Below are positions 18,309 through 26,701 of a stretch of DNA of 64,000 nucleotides, one piece after another (positions within the stretch are counted from its first letter, which is position 1; the number at the start of each line of letters is the position of its first letter). Both the position numbers and the translations under genes were made by a program. Source of the stretch: Candidatus Latescibacterota bacterium. GTDB taxonomy: Bacteria > Latescibacterota > UBA2968 > UBA8231. The stretch is taken from contig CBDETY010000003.1 in NCBI GenBank assembly GCA_965243025.1, positions 320,001 through 384,000 of the forward strand, written 5' to 3'. The notes below the pieces were generated by a model. That model was not told where the DNA came from. It did no database searches and was given only the letters and a program-made list of their open reading frames with translations.

Positions 18309-19741
18309 GGCCGGGTCTCCTGCCGGCCGGACTCCTGTGGCTGGCGCTCCTTGCCGGTTGCGGGAGCCGCGGACAGGAAGAGGGGCCGCTGGTCGAGGTC
18401 GGGGAAGAGGGGATCGCCGCCGCCGACTTTCGCGAGTACCGCGACCGCCTGCCGGAGAGCTACCGGTCGCCCGCTGGGGAGGATGGGGTCAGGAAGCTGC
18501 TGCAGGCGCTGGTCGACCGCGAGGTCATGGTGCTGGAGGCCGAGCGGCTCGGCTATCACGAGGACCCGGAATTCCGCGCCCGGCGCCATAGGCTGACCGT
18601 CGAGCGGCTCATGCAGGAGGTGCAGCACGACGAGTTCGGCGGAGACCTCCGGGTCACCGAGGAGGAGATCCGCAGGATCTACGAAGAGCGCCACTGGAAC
18701 AGGAGGATCCTGCCGGCGCACATCGTCTGCGCCTCGCAGGAGGAGGCGCGCGAAGTCATAAGGCTCCTCGACGAGGGGCGGGATTTCCACGAGCTGGCGC
18801 GCGAGCGGTCGCTGGCCGCCGACGCCGCCGGCGGGGGGTTTCTCGATCAGTACTTCGCCCCCGGGGATGCGATGGGGAACCTGGTGGAGGGAGTCTACGG
18901 ACTTCCCGTGGGGGCGTACACGCCGGAGCCGCTGAAGACCAACGACGGCTGGGAGGTGGTCAAGGTCCTCGACGAGGAGGAGGTGTCCCTGGAGCAGGTG
19001 CGCCCCCGGCTCGCCCGCGCCGCCCACAGGGAGAAGTTCCTCGCCCTGCGCAGGGAGTTCGTCGCGCGCCTGCAGGGGAAGTTCGGGCCTGCTGAAGGGG
19101 GCGCTTCCGGTTCCGGGGGAGCGGCGCCGGAATCGCTCCTGGTCGCCGAGGCGCGCTCCCGCGGCATGGACCAGTCCCCTGAGTACCTGCAGTTCGAGCG
19201 CTCCCTCTACGAGCGCATGCTGATTACCCTGCTGCGGCGCAGGCAGGTCCTGGAGAACATCCCGGTCAGCGGGGAAGAGGTGGAGTCGGCGTACCTGCAG
19301 GAGCAGGAGGAGTTCCGCCTTCCGGCGCGCGTCCAGGGAACGCGCCTGCTGGTCGGGTCCGCCGAACAGGGCCGCGACGTCGCCGGACGCCTCCGCGCCG
19401 GGGAAGAGCCGGAGGTCGTGGCCCGGGAACTGGGGCTGACGCTGGGTCACATACACATCCCCGAGACCGACCCGGCATACCGGAGGTTCGCCGGCGCCGA
19501 GGCCGGCGACGTGGTCGGGCCGGTGGAGGTGCAGTCCCGGTTCGAGGTCCTCCACGTCGATGCCCTCACACCGGCGCGCCTGCGCCCCCTCGAGGAGGTG
19601 CGGCACATGGTGCGCCACCGCCTGCGGCTGCGCCGCATCAACGAGGCGTTCGAGACCTATATCCGCGGCTTGCGCGGCCGCTACGAGGGCGAGGTGACCT
19701 GGCACGACGACCGCATCCGCCGGCTGGCCGAGGGGGCCTGA
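18305..19741 (+). CDS. Parvulin/PpiC-type peptidyl-prolyl isomerase lipoprotein (SurA/PrsA-like)
   Basis: Lipobox LAGC; HIVC..EEA..G.DFHELARERS..GG.L..PLKT..GW; a second degenerate rotamase domain; ATGA overlap with the upstream gene. Confidence 0.88.
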   Translation: MRPGLLPAGLLWLALLAGCGSRGQEEGPLVEVGEEGIAAADFREYRDRLPESYRSPAGEDGVRKLLQALVDREVMVLEAERLGYHEDPEFRARRHRLTVERLMQEVQHDEFGGDLRVTEEEIRRIYEERHWNRRILPAHIVCASQEEAREVIRLLDEGRDFHELARERSLAADAAGGGFLDQYFAPGDAMGNLVEGVYGLPVGAYTPEPLKTNDGWEVVKVLDEEEVSLEQVRPRLARAAHREKFLALRREFVARLQGKFGPAEGGASGSGGAAPESLLVAEARSRGMDQSPEYLQFERSLYERMLITLLRRRQVLENIPVSGEEVESAYLQEQEEFRLPARVQGTRLLVGSAEQGRDVAGRLRAGEEPEVVARELGLTLGHIHIPETDPAYRRFAGAEAGDVVGPVEVQSRFEVLHVDALTPARLRPLEEVRHMVRHRLRLRRINEAFETYIRGLRGRYEGEVTWHDDRIRRLAEGA

Positions 19742-19746
19742 CACCG

Positions 19747-22722
19747 ATGCCGGACCGACGCGGACTCCCCCGCTTCCACCTCGCCGGCGGGCTCGCCCTC
19801 GCCGGGGCTCTCGCGGTCCTGCCCGGCGCCCTCGGAGCCGGCGCCTGGCGCATAGGGGACGGCGGCCAGCCCTGGAGGACGTTTCCCGTCAGCTACCGCC
19901 TCGACGCCGGCGAGGTGTTCAGGCACGACTTCATCTGGGGCGGCCCGCACGCGGTGGAGATCGTCGTCGACGACGACGGCGACGGCCTGGTCGACGAGGA
20001 TCCGGTGGAGATTGTCGACAACGACGGCGACGGGTTGTTCAACGAGGACCCGGCGGACGGCATCGACAGCGACCGCGACGGCCTGGTCGACGAGGACGGG
20101 GTCGAGCCGCAGTTCGACAACGACGGGGACGGCCTGCTCAACGAGGACGGGATGCGCACCGGCGGGGTGGTGTACGAACCGGTCCTGCGCGCCCAGATGG
20201 AGAGTCCTCCTTTCGGACGGTACCCCACGCCGGAGGCGGCAGCCGGCGACCCGGAAGGCCGCGGGACCGGCTGGGGCGACGGCGGCGGGTACGGCTGGGG
20301 GGACGACGACCGCGACGTCAACTTCAACGAGGACGGCATCGACGGGGTCGACAACGACGGCGACGGCCTCGTCGACGAGGATCCCCCCGGGCCCCCGGTG
20401 CCGCTGCCCGGAAGCCTGCTGCAGGTGGTGTTCGCCTACGACGGCGACGGGTACACCGAGGCCGAGCGCCGGGCAATCCCCTTTTCCTGGGACCCGGGCA
20501 GCTCCCTCTTCGTCGGAGAAGGGCCCCGCGGGGAGGTCACCGCCGTTGCCGGGGAACGCCGCCTCAACCCCAGCGACTGGCTGCGGCCGATCCGCCTCGA
20601 CGAAACCCGGAACATCAGCCTGCTGACGGCCGACCGCTTCTACAGCGGGGAGTTCTTCACCGATCCGACCAACTCGTCCAACTGGAACTCCGGGACCGGG
20701 GGCAGCGCCCACGCCGACGCCAGGGGCCACGGCATAGTGGCCGACGGCGACATCTTCACGGCGCGGACCGCCGTCGGCAGGGCGTTCTGGGGGGGCGGGT
20801 ACCACATCCACTTCAACGCCCTCTTCTGGCTCGACCTGATCCGCCTGAGGCCGCGCCCCGACTTCCCGGAGCGCACCCCGACCACCTTCGACATCTGGTA
20901 CGCCGGCGACAGGGAGAGGCATTTCCGGACCAACATCCTTCTCGGTGAGCTGGTGACCAAAATGGACGTCCGCGATCCGATCGTTCCCCGCCAGACGGAC
21001 CGGATCAGGCCGGCGATCAAGGAGTACCGGTTCGGGGAGGGAGAGGAGTTCGACCCGGTGAAGGCGCGCATCCTGCAGTTCGAGAGCTGGATGTCGTCGG
21101 TGGAGTCGTGGGAGCTGGCCGAGTTCCAGGTATACGGACACGGCTACGCCCTCGACGCGGCGTACGCGACCGAGATCATCGACGTGGGCACGGCGCAGCC
21201 GCGGTTCCGCCGCTACTTCGACCCGAACGACCCGGACCGGCCCATCGCCATGGAAAAGATCCAGACCTTCGACGGCGACGACGACGGGAGCATTTCCGCT
21301 TCCGAGCAGGCTACCGCCATGCTCGCAGGGCAGTTCGACCCCGGGGAGCCCGGCAATCCCGTCACCTGGGGGCGGGTGCGCTGGCACGGGCGGATCGAGG
21401 GGGACGGGAATGCCGAGATCCGGGTGCGGTCCGGTTCGACCCTCGATACGCGCATCTACCAGCGCAAGGTGGGCCGGGGATTGCTGTCTCCCTTCGCCGG
21501 CTCCCCCATCGTCGCGGACTGGCCGGCCCCGGGAAGCCGCCTCGACGTCACCGCGTTCCTTCAGCTTTCGGGATTGCAGCGTCCGCTGGTGAGGGACCTG
21601 CCGCTCAACCTCGAGACGGATCTCGACGGCGTTCCGGGGGGATGGACGCCGTGGTCGGCGCCCCTCCCCTTCGCGGCGGGCCTGGTTGAGGCGGAAGCGG
21701 AATCGGGCGGCGTGGCGCTGCCGCTGCCGCCCCTTCACCGCTACATCCAGTTCCGCGTCGATTTCGAGAGCGGCGAGCACAGCGGAGTCAGTCTCGACTA
21801 TATCGAGTTCGATTTCGCCGATCCCGTCGTCAGCCGCGGCGTTCTTGCCGAGATCTTCCCGGCGACCGCGGACGCCCTCGGAAGTCCGCTGCCGTTCCGC
21901 TACGTACTCAGGCCGGACCTGGCCCCCGGCGATGCCGGTTTCGACCGCATCGAGATCGCCGTGCCGTCCCCCGGGGCCGCTATCGATTCGCTGCTGGTCG
22001 ACGATCTGCGCTGGGAGCGCATCCTGCCCGCCGCTCCGGACGGCCTCTCCGAAACCGCTGCCTCCGAGTGGATACGGGAGCGGCTGGCGAGCCGCGCCTG
22101 GCTCGACACCGCCCAGGTCAGCGGCGACCGGTTCGCCGCGGCCACCTGGTTCGACCCGGAGTCGGGATCACACAGGCTCGCCCTCAAGACCCGCCTGCTC
22201 ACCTCGGCGGACTTCCCCCGGGGCCAGGACCGCGAGATCGAAGTGGCCCTGACGACCCCCCTGTTCAGGCTCCTCACCGGATTCGACAGCTGGGTCTCGA
22301 ACCAGGCCGCCGGGACGGACCTGAAGCAGCCGACCCAGCCCGGCAACGCCTCCGACCGCCTGCCGTCGGATGCGGTGCAGGTTACTGTCCCCTCCGCCGG
22401 GCGGGCCCTGGAAATCCGCGGCTTCGCTCCCAATCCGTTCACCCCGAACGGCGACGGCGTCAACGACGCCACCAGGTGGACTCTCGACCTCTTCATGCTG
22501 ACTTCCGCGGCCGGGGTCTCGGTGAGCATCCACGATCTCGACGGGCGCCAGGTGCGCCGGCTCGAGGAGCTGGCATCGTCCGGCCGGCTCACCGTCGAGT
22601 GGGACGGCCGCGACGGGACGGGTGAGCGTGTCCTCCCGGGGATCTACCTCTACCGGCTGTTCGTCGACAGCGACACCGGGGAGGACAACGAGCTGCTGGG
22701 AACGGTAGCCGTAGCCTACTAG
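19747..22722 (+). CDS. Large secreted protein C with Asp-rich repeats and FlgD-Ig/CHU_C-like C-terminal domain
   Basis: Signal peptide; DDDGDGLVDEDP repeats; PNPFTPNGDGVND..HDLDGR..WDG..PGIY..VAVAY. Confidence 0.87.
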   Translation: MPDRRGLPRFHLAGGLALAGALAVLPGALGAGAWRIGDGGQPWRTFPVSYRLDAGEVFRHDFIWGGPHAVEIVVDDDGDGLVDEDPVEIVDNDGDGLFNEDPADGIDSDRDGLVDEDGVEPQFDNDGDGLLNEDGMRTGGVVYEPVLRAQMESPPFGRYPTPEAAAGDPEGRGTGWGDGGGYGWGDDDRDVNFNEDGIDGVDNDGDGLVDEDPPGPPVPLPGSLLQVVFAYDGDGYTEAERRAIPFSWDPGSSLFVGEGPRGEVTAVAGERRLNPSDWLRPIRLDETRNISLLTADRFYSGEFFTDPTNSSNWNSGTGGSAHADARGHGIVADGDIFTARTAVGRAFWGGGYHIHFNALFWLDLIRLRPRPDFPERTPTTFDIWYAGDRERHFRTNILLGELVTKMDVRDPIVPRQTDRIRPAIKEYRFGEGEEFDPVKARILQFESWMSSVESWELAEFQVYGHGYALDAAYATEIIDVGTAQPRFRRYFDPNDPDRPIAMEKIQTFDGDDDGSISASEQATAMLAGQFDPGEPGNPVTWGRVRWHGRIEGDGNAEIRVRSGSTLDTRIYQRKVGRGLLSPFAGSPIVADWPAPGSRLDVTAFLQLSGLQRPLVRDLPLNLETDLDGVPGGWTPWSAPLPFAAGLVEAEAESGGVALPLPPLHRYIQFRVDFESGEHSGVSLDYIEFDFADPVVSRGVLAEIFPATADALGSPLPFRYVLRPDLAPGDAGFDRIEIAVPSPGAAIDSLLVDDLRWERILPAAPDGLSETAASEWIRERLASRAWLDTAQVSGDRFAAATWFDPESGSHRLALKTRLLTSADFPRGQDREIEVALTTPLFRLLTGFDSWVSNQAAGTDLKQPTQPGNASDRLPSDAVQVTVPSAGRALEIRGFAPNPFTPNGDGVNDATRWTLDLFMLTSAAGVSVSIHDLDGRQVRRLEELASSGRLTVEWDGRDGTGERVLPGIYLYRLFVDSDTGEDNELLGTVAVAY
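19969..20385 (+). repeat. About six D(N/D/S)DGDGL(V/F/L)(D/N)ED peptide repeats
   Basis: Read from the translation of 19747-22722. Confidence 0.85.
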
Positions 22723-22820
22723 CCGGGCCTGCCTGCCGGTCCGTTTCCCAGTCCGGGCAGCCGCCAGCCCCGCCCGGACTTTTCCGGCGTTCCAACCGCT
22801 GAACAAGCCCCCACCAGTGC
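22636..22820 (+). repeat. Degenerate direct repeat, copy A (intact 3' end of protein C gene plus decayed copy of the 3' end of the GT-C/TPR gene)
   Basis: Aligns by eye with 24608-24712 and 39801-39942. Confidence 0.85.
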
Positions 22821-23081
22821 GGCGGCGGGCGTACCGGGGAGCGACCCCTCTGATTTGGCGCGTGTCAATGGTGGCAGAACAATACTGATTTTTCTCTCTC
22901 CCCGGTCCGGCCAATACCACTGTTTCCCTACCCTGGCCAATACGCCGAATACTCCCACGGCAAGTACCACCGCAGGCCCTGCAAAGTATCATCCCAGGGC
23001 TCCCTGACACCTGCAACTCCAAACCTTGACGGCGGGCCCCAAAAGGCGTGCCTTACCAAACCTTCGGGTAAAGGAGGAGAT

Positions 23082-24395
23082 GTGTCTGTTGATTCTATAC
23101 GCGAGAGGTATCGCAGGGTGCGCAACCACTCTCTCGAAATGGTGGCGATGTTGAGTGAGGAGGAATTTTACCACCAGGCCGTGCAGGAGGTGAGCCCGCC
23201 GGCCTGGAACCTTGGGCACACCAACTGGTTCTTCGACGCCGTCATCCTCGGCAGGTACGCCGGGTCCCTCGGGCGGGGCGGAAAGCTGTGGTATCACTTC
23301 AACTCCTACTACAAAGGGGCTGGCCGGCACGTGCGCCAGGCCTGCCGCGGCGCGGTGCTCATCCACGAAGCCCCTCTCCGGAGCATATTGAAGTACCGGT
23401 CCGACGTGGACGCGGTGATGGACCTCCTCCTCGACGGCGACCACGGCGAAGAGTTCGACCGGCTGTTGGAGTTGGGGATCAACCACGAGCAGCAGCACCA
23501 GGAGCTGTTCTACACCGAGGTTCTGCGAAACAGATTCGAGCGCCGCGCAGAAAGCGGGCGCATCTGCGGCGAGTCCCGTGTCCCGGGCTCGGTGGAAATC
23601 CCCCTCCGGTGGGTCCCCTTCGAGGAGACCATAGCAGAGGTGGGCAACGTGGAAGGTGGGTTCGGCTTCGACAACGAATACGGGGTGCACCGGCAATACA
23701 TCCATTCCTTTGCCATGATGAACCGCCCGGTGACCAACGGTGAGTTCATGGATTTCATCGCCGACGGCGGTTACGAGAACTTCGCCTTGTGGCTCTCCGA
23801 GGCCTGGGATGACGGCTCCATGCGGCCGGTGCTCCGGTTGGCGGACCGGGAGATTTTCCCCCGTGCCCCCCTCTACTGGCAACGGATCGACGGCAGGTGG
23901 CAGCAGTTCACCCTGCACGGCTGGCAGGAGACGGATCCCCACGAGCCGGTCTCTCACCTGAGCTACTTCGAGGCCGCGGCCTACGCCAACTGGAAGAGCC
24001 GCGGCGAAGACAGGATCGTGCGCCTGCCCACCGAGTCGGAATGGGAGCACGCCGCCCGGCGCACCGACGCCATGGCGCAGGTGCGCAAGAATGAGGCGGT
24101 GCTTCTGGACGGGGGGGTGCACCGGCCTGCGATGACGCCCCAGGAAGGGGGGCTCAAGCACATGATTGGCAACGTCTGGGAATGGACCAACAGCTCCTAC
24201 CTGCCCTACCCCGGATTTCGGCCCTACGCCGGCGCCATCGCCGAGTACAACGGCAAGTTCATGAGCAACAAGATGGTCCTCAAAGGAGGGAGCTGGGCGA
24301 CGCCCAAGGACCACATCCGCATCAGCTACCGCAACTTCTGGCCCCTGAGCTTCCAGTTCGCCATCCCCGGGTTCCGGCTGGTAATGGAATCATGA
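23082..24395 (+). CDS. egtB: EgtB-like non-heme iron sulfoxide synthase (DinB_2 plus FGE-like domain)
   Basis: SPPAWNLGHTNWFF, FNSYY, LGINHEQQHQEL (metal His triad), FDNE, RLPTESEWE, GNVWEWT, YPGF..EYNGKFM, YRNF; AGGAGG RBS. Confidence 0.8.
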   Translation: MSVDSIRERYRRVRNHSLEMVAMLSEEEFYHQAVQEVSPPAWNLGHTNWFFDAVILGRYAGSLGRGGKLWYHFNSYYKGAGRHVRQACRGAVLIHEAPLRSILKYRSDVDAVMDLLLDGDHGEEFDRLLELGINHEQQHQELFYTEVLRNRFERRAESGRICGESRVPGSVEIPLRWVPFEETIAEVGNVEGGFGFDNEYGVHRQYIHSFAMMNRPVTNGEFMDFIADGGYENFALWLSEAWDDGSMRPVLRLADREIFPRAPLYWQRIDGRWQQFTLHGWQETDPHEPVSHLSYFEAAAYANWKSRGEDRIVRLPTESEWEHAARRTDAMAQVRKNEAVLLDGGVHRPAMTPQEGGLKHMIGNVWEWTNSSYLPYPGFRPYAGAIAEYNGKFMSNKMVLKGGSWATPKDHIRISYRNFWPLSFQFAIPGFRLVMES

Positions 24396-24603
24396 GTGCG
24401 GATACCCGGTCGCGGGGCCAGCGCATCGGCCTGTGGCTCGGGCCAATCCTTTCGCGCTTACCCTGATGCTCGACCTGGCGCAGGGCAAGCCGGAGGTCGC
24501 GCGCATGGCGGCCCTTGCCGTGCTCATGGCCGCCTGGTGGATCACCGGCGCCATTCCCCTCTTCGCCACCGCCCTGTTCCTCTTTCCGCTGCCGGGCATC
24601 GAG
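24392..24603 (+). pseudogene. 5' fragment of an SLC13/DASS-family permease, frameshifted and truncated
   Basis: MSADTRSRGQRIGLWLGPIL, then a frame change to ..ARMAALAVLMAAWWITGAIPLFATAL..FPL.GI; ends at repeat copy B. Confidence 0.65.
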
Positions 24604-24607
24604 CGCA

Positions 24608-24712
24608 CCGGGGCTCTGCATCTACCGGCTGTTCGTCGACAGCGGCACCGGGAAGGACAAGGAGCTGCCGGGAACGGTAGCCGTGGCCTGCCAGACGGGT
24701 CTACCTGTCGGT
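24608..24712 (+). repeat. Degenerate direct repeat, copy B
   Basis: 14 mismatches in about 105 bp versus 22636-22740 (counted by hand); decodes PGLCIYRLFVDSGTGKDKELPGTVAVAC versus PGIYLYRLFVDSDTGEDNELLGTVAVAY. Confidence 0.9.
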
Positions 24713-24715
24713 ACA

Positions 24716-25726
24716 CTAGACCCGCACCCGGCGCCCCCGCCTGACCGACTCGATCTCCTTGAGACACAGGCGCAGGCTGTCGCGGGCGCTGATCCCCGAC
24801 AGCTCCCTGGAGTCCCTGCCGGCGGCCACGGCTCTGACCGCCTCCTGCAGCTCGCCGACGAAGCCGTCCTTTCCGGGCAGCCGCGGCGTGCGGGTCCCCC
24901 CTTCGGCGGTGAGCAGCACCGGGGGCTTACCGGAGGAGCTGTTGTACTTGAGGGTCCCCCGCTCGAAGAACACGTCGTAGCCGTGCTCGAAGGGGCAGCC
25001 CTGCTTGGACAGCCAGCCGCCGCTGGCGGTCACCTGGGGCCCGCCCTCGAAGTGGTAGTGGGTGTCGATGTGCTCCACCACCCCTCCCTTGCGGATCACC
25101 CCCGCCGAGGTCACCGCCTCGGGCATGCCGAAAAGGAACTGCACGAAGTCGGCGTCGTGGATGTGCAGGTCGATGGCCGGTCCGCCGGTGCGGTCCAGGT
25201 CCTTCGGGTCCCACCACGCCGGCATGGAGATGACGCGCTTGAAGTCCGCCGCCAGCACGCGGCCGTGCTCGCCGCCGGCCATCAACTCCCGGATCAGCCG
25301 GAACTCCGGGAAGAACCGCAGGACGTGGGCCACCATCAGCCGCAGGCCGCGCTTGTCCGCATCCGCCACCATGCGGTCCGCCCGCCGCAGGTCGAGGGCG
25401 ATGGGCTTTTCGAGGAAGACGTGCCTGCCCGCCGCCAGGGCCGCCAGGGTCGAGTCGTAGTGCAGGGTCGTGGGCAGGCAGATGTCCACGAGGTCGACGC
25501 GGTCGTCGGCGAGCAGGTCCTCGATGCGGTCGTACGCCGCCACCCCCCGCAGGTCGTGCACCCCGCCGTCGTCGCCGAAGTTCCCCTGCACCCCGCGCCA
25601 GTCTCCCCTCAGCTTCTTCGGGTCCCGGGTGCAGATGGCGGCCACCTTCGCCCCTTTGACCCGGGCGATGGCCTTGTAGTGGGTGGCGCCCATGAAACCG
25701 ATGCCGACGATGCCGATGCGTACCAT
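24716..25726 (-). CDS. Gfo/Idh/MocA family oxidoreductase
   Basis: RIGIVGIGFMG, HVFLEKP, DLHIHD. Confidence 0.92.
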   Translation of the reverse strand: MVRIGIVGIGFMGATHYKAIARVKGAKVAAICTRDPKKLRGDWRGVQGNFGDDGGVHDLRGVAAYDRIEDLLADDRVDLVDICLPTTLHYDSTLAALAAGRHVFLEKPIALDLRRADRMVADADKRGLRLMVAHVLRFFPEFRLIRELMAGGEHGRVLAADFKRVISMPAWWDPKDLDRTGGPAIDLHIHDADFVQFLFGMPEAVTSAGVIRKGGVVEHIDTHYHFEGGPQVTASGGWLSKQGCPFEHGYDVFFERGTLKYNSSSGKPPVLLTAEGGTRTPRLPGKDGFVGELQEAVRAVAAGRDSRELSGISARDSLRLCLKEIESVRRGRRVRV

Positions 25727-25898
25727 GGATTCTCTCCCCTTGGGGCGGCTACGTCAGCCGGGCCCCGGAAAGGGTGTCAAGGCACCCGCGTCGACGAGGG
25801 TAGAGGGTGTAGCTCGCCCCGAAGGGGACGTTCTCCCGGGATCCCCCATCAGGTGCGCTGCCGCCGTCAGGGCCCGGTTCACGGCTCGCCCCCGAACC

Positions 25899-26636
25899 TC
25901 AATCGATCCGATAGACCACGGTGATGGTCACGGTGACAGTGAGCTCCCCCGGGAGAACGGGAGTAGAGGTGCGGGCGGCGTCGGCGAAGGTTTCCTCAAC
26001 CTGGTAGGGGCTCGGCGGCCCCTGGAACCAGGTGCTCTCTGTGATGGAAAGCGGTTCCCCCAGCGTTGCGCCGCTTGTTTCCGCCAGGGTCCGCGCCTTC
26101 TCCTCGGCATCCTTCACCGCCAGCCTGCGGGCCTGGGTCTGCAGGGGCGTGGTGTCATCGATCATGAACCGGATGGAGTTGAGGACGATGCTGTTCCCTC
26201 CTGCGTCGGCGGCATCATCTATGACATCACTGAGGGTTTCCAGTCTCCGGACCTTCACCCGGACGGTGTTGTTCACCATGTAGCCGCGAAGTGTGCGATC
26301 TCCCTCGCCATAGTCGTACAGAGGATGGATGCCGAGATTTCCGGTCTGGATGTCCTCTTCGGCGATCTGGTTCTCCTGCAGGGCGTTGAGCACGGCGGTC
26401 ATCGCTCTGGCTGCTGCTTCACGGGCATCTGCAACAGTCTCCCTCTCGACAGCGACGCCCAGATCGAGCGTTGCCAGATCGGGTTCGCCGGCAATTGAAC
26501 CGCTCCCGGTCACCTGGATGGTCCTCTCTGCTGTTTCGGCCGACATCACATCCGAGCCGATATTCACATCACAGGCAGCAAGTGCCCAGATCAGCAATGG
26601 GCTGAGCACCAAGAGAGGGTCACTGCGTCTATTCAT
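25899..26636 (-). CDS. SIMPL (DUF541/BP26-like) lipoprotein
   Basis: Lipobox LAAC; IQVTGSG..EPDLA..EDIQT..P.Y..GY..AVKDAEEKARTLA..PGELTVTVTITVVY. Confidence 0.9.
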   Translation of the reverse strand: MNRRSDPLLVLSPLLIWALAACDVNIGSDVMSAETAERTIQVTGSGSIAGEPDLATLDLGVAVERETVADAREAAARAMTAVLNALQENQIAEEDIQTGNLGIHPLYDYGEGDRTLRGYMVNNTVRVKVRRLETLSDVIDDAADAGGNSIVLNSIRFMIDDTTPLQTQARRLAVKDAEEKARTLAETSGATLGEPLSITESTWFQGPPSPYQVEETFADAARTSTPVLPGELTVTVTITVVYRID

Positions 26637-26701
26637 GGGTTCCTCCTGTTCGAGAGGGAGTCAAGGGGCCGGTGCGCTCGCTGTGGGATCGCTACCCGAG
26701 G

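Noticed and set aside
22854-23081. In-frame N-terminal extension of the egtB-like gene (contains FPYPGQYAEYSHGK)
   Set aside because: No ATG/GTG/TTG in frame and a strong RBS at 23082. The resemblance to the enzyme's own YPG..EYNGK motif is too short to support.
23082-24395. Formylglycine-generating enzyme for the two sulfatases
   Set aside because: It has the DinB-like N-terminus and His triad of sulfoxide synthases and lacks the CxxxxC catalytic motif of FGE.
22636-24712. Diversity-generating retroelement (repeat of a gene 3' end near an FGE/CLec-fold gene)
   Set aside because: Mismatches between copies A and B are not adenine-specific (about 5 of 14 or 4 of 14 depending on direction), the repeat is not in the FGE-fold gene, and the window has no reverse transcriptase.
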